Source of the DNA: an uncultured delta proteobacterium
GTDB lineage: Bacteria > Myxococcota > Myxococcia > Myxococcales > Anaeromyxobacteraceae
DNA: 64,000 bases
Assembly: GCA_963828255.1 (NCBI GenBank)
Contig: CAWHDZ010000015.1
Location: 1-64,000 of the forward strand
Direction: 5' to 3'
Shown: piece after piece, positions 61,556-64,000 of the stretch
Numbering within the stretch: the stretch's first letter is position 1
Layout: each line of letters begins with the position of its first letter
Notes under the pieces: generated by a model
Database searches by the model: none
Told to the model about the DNA's origin: nothing
What the model saw: the letters and a program-made list of their open reading frames with translations, nothing else
Made by a program: the position numbers and the translations under genes

Positions 61556-62386
61556 TCAGGGCGCGAGGCCGGGCACCAGCTTCACGAGGAGCTCCGAGGC
61601 GGCGAGCTGGATGGCGTAGATCTCCAGCGTGTGCCGACCGACGAAGCGCAGGGCGCCGGCGACGTGTTCCGGCGGCTGGACGCGGCTCGGGCCGCGCCGG
61701 TACCGGCAGAGGCCGGCGCACAGCAAGCCCAGGCCGAGCGCGAGCGTGGCGAGCTGGGCCGGGGAGAAGGAGTAGACCCGGTTCTCCTGCCAGACGAAGA
61801 CGACCGCGGCGACCAGGCTCACCACGAGACGCATCGGGCCGGCGTACCCGGTCAGGCTGTCCACCCGCGACGAGTCGCCCACGGCGCCGGCGCCCGCGCC
61901 GGTCGAAGGCCTGCCATCGACATGGGCGCGCTGGAACAGCCCGAACAGGGCCCACAGCCACCCCTCCGAGCCGTACTCGACGACACTCTCGGCCACGGGG
62001 AGCGCGGCGACGAGCGCGACGACGAGGAGGGCGGCGCCGCCCCGGCCGTGACGCCGCAGGAAGGCCTGCACGGGGGGACGCGCCCAGCGGATGAGCGCGA
62101 AGCTCAAGAGGATGTTCGGCGCCTCCCAGCTCCACCCGGCGTTCCAGCTGGCGAGCAGGGTCAGGAGGACCCCGAGCCCGATCCACCGGAGCGGGACGGT
62201 CCGGGTCTGCGCGAAGCCGATGAGGAAGAAGAAGATGGGAGCCGCCAGGCACCCGATGGCGCTCCACCACGAGTCGTCCTCCATGAAGAACTGACCGAAG
62301 TGACCGACGGAGACGAGGAGGATCGCGCCGGCCTTCATCCAGTCGGTTCCGTCGACGAGGGGGCGTGGGCTGGCGCTTCTCGTCAT
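61556..62386 (-). CDS. TraX-like membrane acyltransferase
   Basis: DWMKAGAILLVSVGH..GCLAAPIFFFLIG..NILLS..VEYGS..GRHTLEIYAIQ; ATGA overlap with upstream gene. Confidence 0.65.
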   Translation of the reverse strand: MTRSASPRPLVDGTDWMKAGAILLVSVGHFGQFFMEDDSWWSAIGCLAAPIFFFLIGFAQTRTVPLRWIGLGVLLTLLASWNAGWSWEAPNILLSFALIRWARPPVQAFLRRHGRGGAALLVVALVAALPVAESVVEYGSEGWLWALFGLFQRAHVDGRPSTGAGAGAVGDSSRVDSLTGYAGPMRLVVSLVAAVVFVWQENRVYSFSPAQLATLALGLGLLCAGLCRYRRGPSRVQPPEHVAGALRFVGRHTLEIYAIQLAASELLVKLVPGLAP

Positions 62387-64000
62387 CCGGGGAGACGGTC
62401 GCCTCGCGGTCGAAGTGCGAAGGGGGGATGGGGAGGCGGGCCGCTCGCCGGCTCCGCCGGGCTGCCCTCGTAGGTGCCCGGGGTCAGCCGCATCTCCTTG
62501 AGGACGAGGGACAGCGGCCCGACGGCGGTGTCCCGCTCGAGGACCGCGCCGCCCATCACGGTGGCGCCGAAGTCCACGGTGCAGCGATCCTCGATGCGGG
62601 TCCGCTTCACCTTCAGCATCATGTTCTCGAAGCTGTGGAACTGCAGGAAGCCGTCGATGACGCAGTCGTCGCCGAAGCGCACCGCGTTCCAGTCGGAGCA
62701 CTGGCGCGGCTGGGTCACGATCGTGCGGCGGCCGATCCTGCAGCCCATCCACCGGAGGACGGGGTTCGCGAGGACCGTCCCGGCGGTGAACTCCAGGGGC
62801 CGCCTGCACCATGCGATGAAGCAGTCCTGCGCGAAGAAGTAGGCGAGGTGGCGCCACGACCAGAAGGGCGTCGCGTGATCGGCTCCCCAGACGCGCCCGA
62901 CGAGGGCCGCCTTGACCGCTACGGAGAGCACGACGAGGCCGACCTCCGCGAGGATTGCCGCGGCCACCGCGCTCGCGATCGGATGCCCCACGAACCGCAA
63001 CAGGTGGACGTAAGCGATCGCGAAGACGAGCCCCTCGGCGAAGCGCAGCAGGCCGATGGCGAAGAGGTCGTTCAGGAAGACCCGGACGGCGAAGAGACCG
63101 AAGCCGGGCAGCTCGCGGGCCACCTCCCCCGCCTGGACCGGCGCGCTCCCGAACCTCACCGGCGGATTGCCCGCCACGGTGATGGGCTCGCCGGGCCGCG
63201 ACCGCATCTGTCTCCGGAACTGGATGTCGCTCGCCGGCGTGGAGACGCCCAGGAGGAAGTTGGAGGGGAGGTTCCCGTGCTCCGCCACGCAGTTGTTGCC
63301 GCTGAAGAAGTTTCGGGGCAGGTCGAGCGGGCGAAGCGTGAGGTGCTCGGGCCCCGGGTCCAGCATGCTCGTCATGGACCCGTTGCACCAGAACGCCTGG
63401 GAGTCGGCGCTGACGAGTTCCGGGACGAGGTTGATGAGGACGTCGCATTCCGAGGCGCCCACCCTCGGGAAGCGCACGCCGGCAAGTGCCCGGAGGTACT
63501 GCCCGATGACGGTCCAGGTCCAGAGCGCCTGGATGCCGTTCATCTTCTTCATCCGGTACAGGAGGAGCGCGCCCCGGAGCCCGTGCGAGGGGTAGAGCCC
63601 CGGCGAGGCGGCCGTGAAGCGGAGGAAGAGGCAGCCCAGCAGCGAGGTCGCGACGGCGGTGACCCAGGTGGTCACGAACGCGTAGATCGCGAGGTGCCAG
63701 GCGACCTCGGACAGCGGGGTCACCTGGAAGTACGCGCTGCGGAGCCCGGCCTCCCCCGCAAACGCGAGGTCGCGGGCGATCCAGAGGATTGCAGCGGCGG
63801 GGACCACCGTCAGGCAGAGGGAAAGGAACGTCTGCATGAGGACGTTGGCGGTCTCGAGCAGCCAGATCGGGTGCGCGTACCGGCAGGCGTTCGCCGTTCG
63901 CTCCAGCCTCGTGCAGCGGCCGACGCGTCGCGCGGGCGCTCCCTCCCAAATCTCCCCGGGACCCACGTCTCCGTGGACGGGGGTCAAGGGGGTGACCCAC
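62383..64000 (-). CDS. C-terminal part of Pls/PosA-like membrane NRPS (poly-amino-acid synthetase); 5' end outside window
   Basis: alternating TM pairs and LbH-like domains: YLRALAGVR.., GTVLANPVLRWMGCRIGRR..FGDDCVI..LQFHSFEN..GPLSLVLK..YEGSPA; frame open to window edge. Confidence 0.75.
   Translation of the reverse strand, partial: WVTPLTPVHGDVGPGEIWEGAPARRVGRCTRLERTANACRYAHPIWLLETANVLMQTFLSLCLTVVPAAAILWIARDLAFAGEAGLRSAYFQVTPLSEVAWHLAIYAFVTTWVTAVATSLLGCLFLRFTAASPGLYPSHGLRGALLLYRMKKMNGIQALWTWTVIGQYLRALAGVRFPRVGASECDVLINLVPELVSADSQAFWCNGSMTSMLDPGPEHLTLRPLDLPRNFFSGNNCVAEHGNLPSNFLLGVSTPASDIQFRRQMRSRPGEPITVAGNPPVRFGSAPVQAGEVARELPGFGLFAVRVFLNDLFAIGLLRFAEGLVFAIAYVHLLRFVGHPIASAVAAAILAEVGLVVLSVAVKAALVGRVWGADHATPFWSWRHLAYFFAQDCFIAWCRRPLEFTAGTVLANPVLRWMGCRIGRRTIVTQPRQCSDWNAVRFGDDCVIDGFLQFHSFENMMLKVKRTRIEDRCTVDFGATVMGGAVLERDTAVGPLSLVLKEMRLTPGTYEGSPAEPASGPPPHPPFALRPRGDRLPG

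Overview
High-GC window from a myxobacterium-like genome. Gene content and order resemble Anaeromyxobacter/Myxococcota; this is inferred, not searched. Most of 1-54.9 kb is core chromosome: rimP-nusA-ylxR-infB-DUF503-rbfA / truB-rpsO-pnp-dut-purB, purC, uvrA, an atypical rho, thyX, acnB, a class II fumarase, and tRNA-Cys, -Gln and -Glu. Most notable is an antisense, translationally coupled three-gene cassette inserted between rbfA and truB (6081-10272): membrane Ser/Thr kinase-TPR, an 88-aa peptide, and an MvdD/graspetide-type ATP-grasp ligase. It is a candidate kinase-linked RiPP system with an unfamiliar precursor. After tRNA-Glu lies a decayed island edge (probable integrase remnant, beta-barrel gene fragments) and an operon with a Pls-like (poly-amino-acid) NRPS C-terminus, a TraX-like acyltransferase and an M13 peptidase. 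Other oddities are a secreted metallothionein-like protein, an ORF ending inside tRNA-Cys, and four single-base frameshifts that look like long-read homopolymer errors. No CRISPR array or rRNA was seen. All calls are motif-based readings without database searches.
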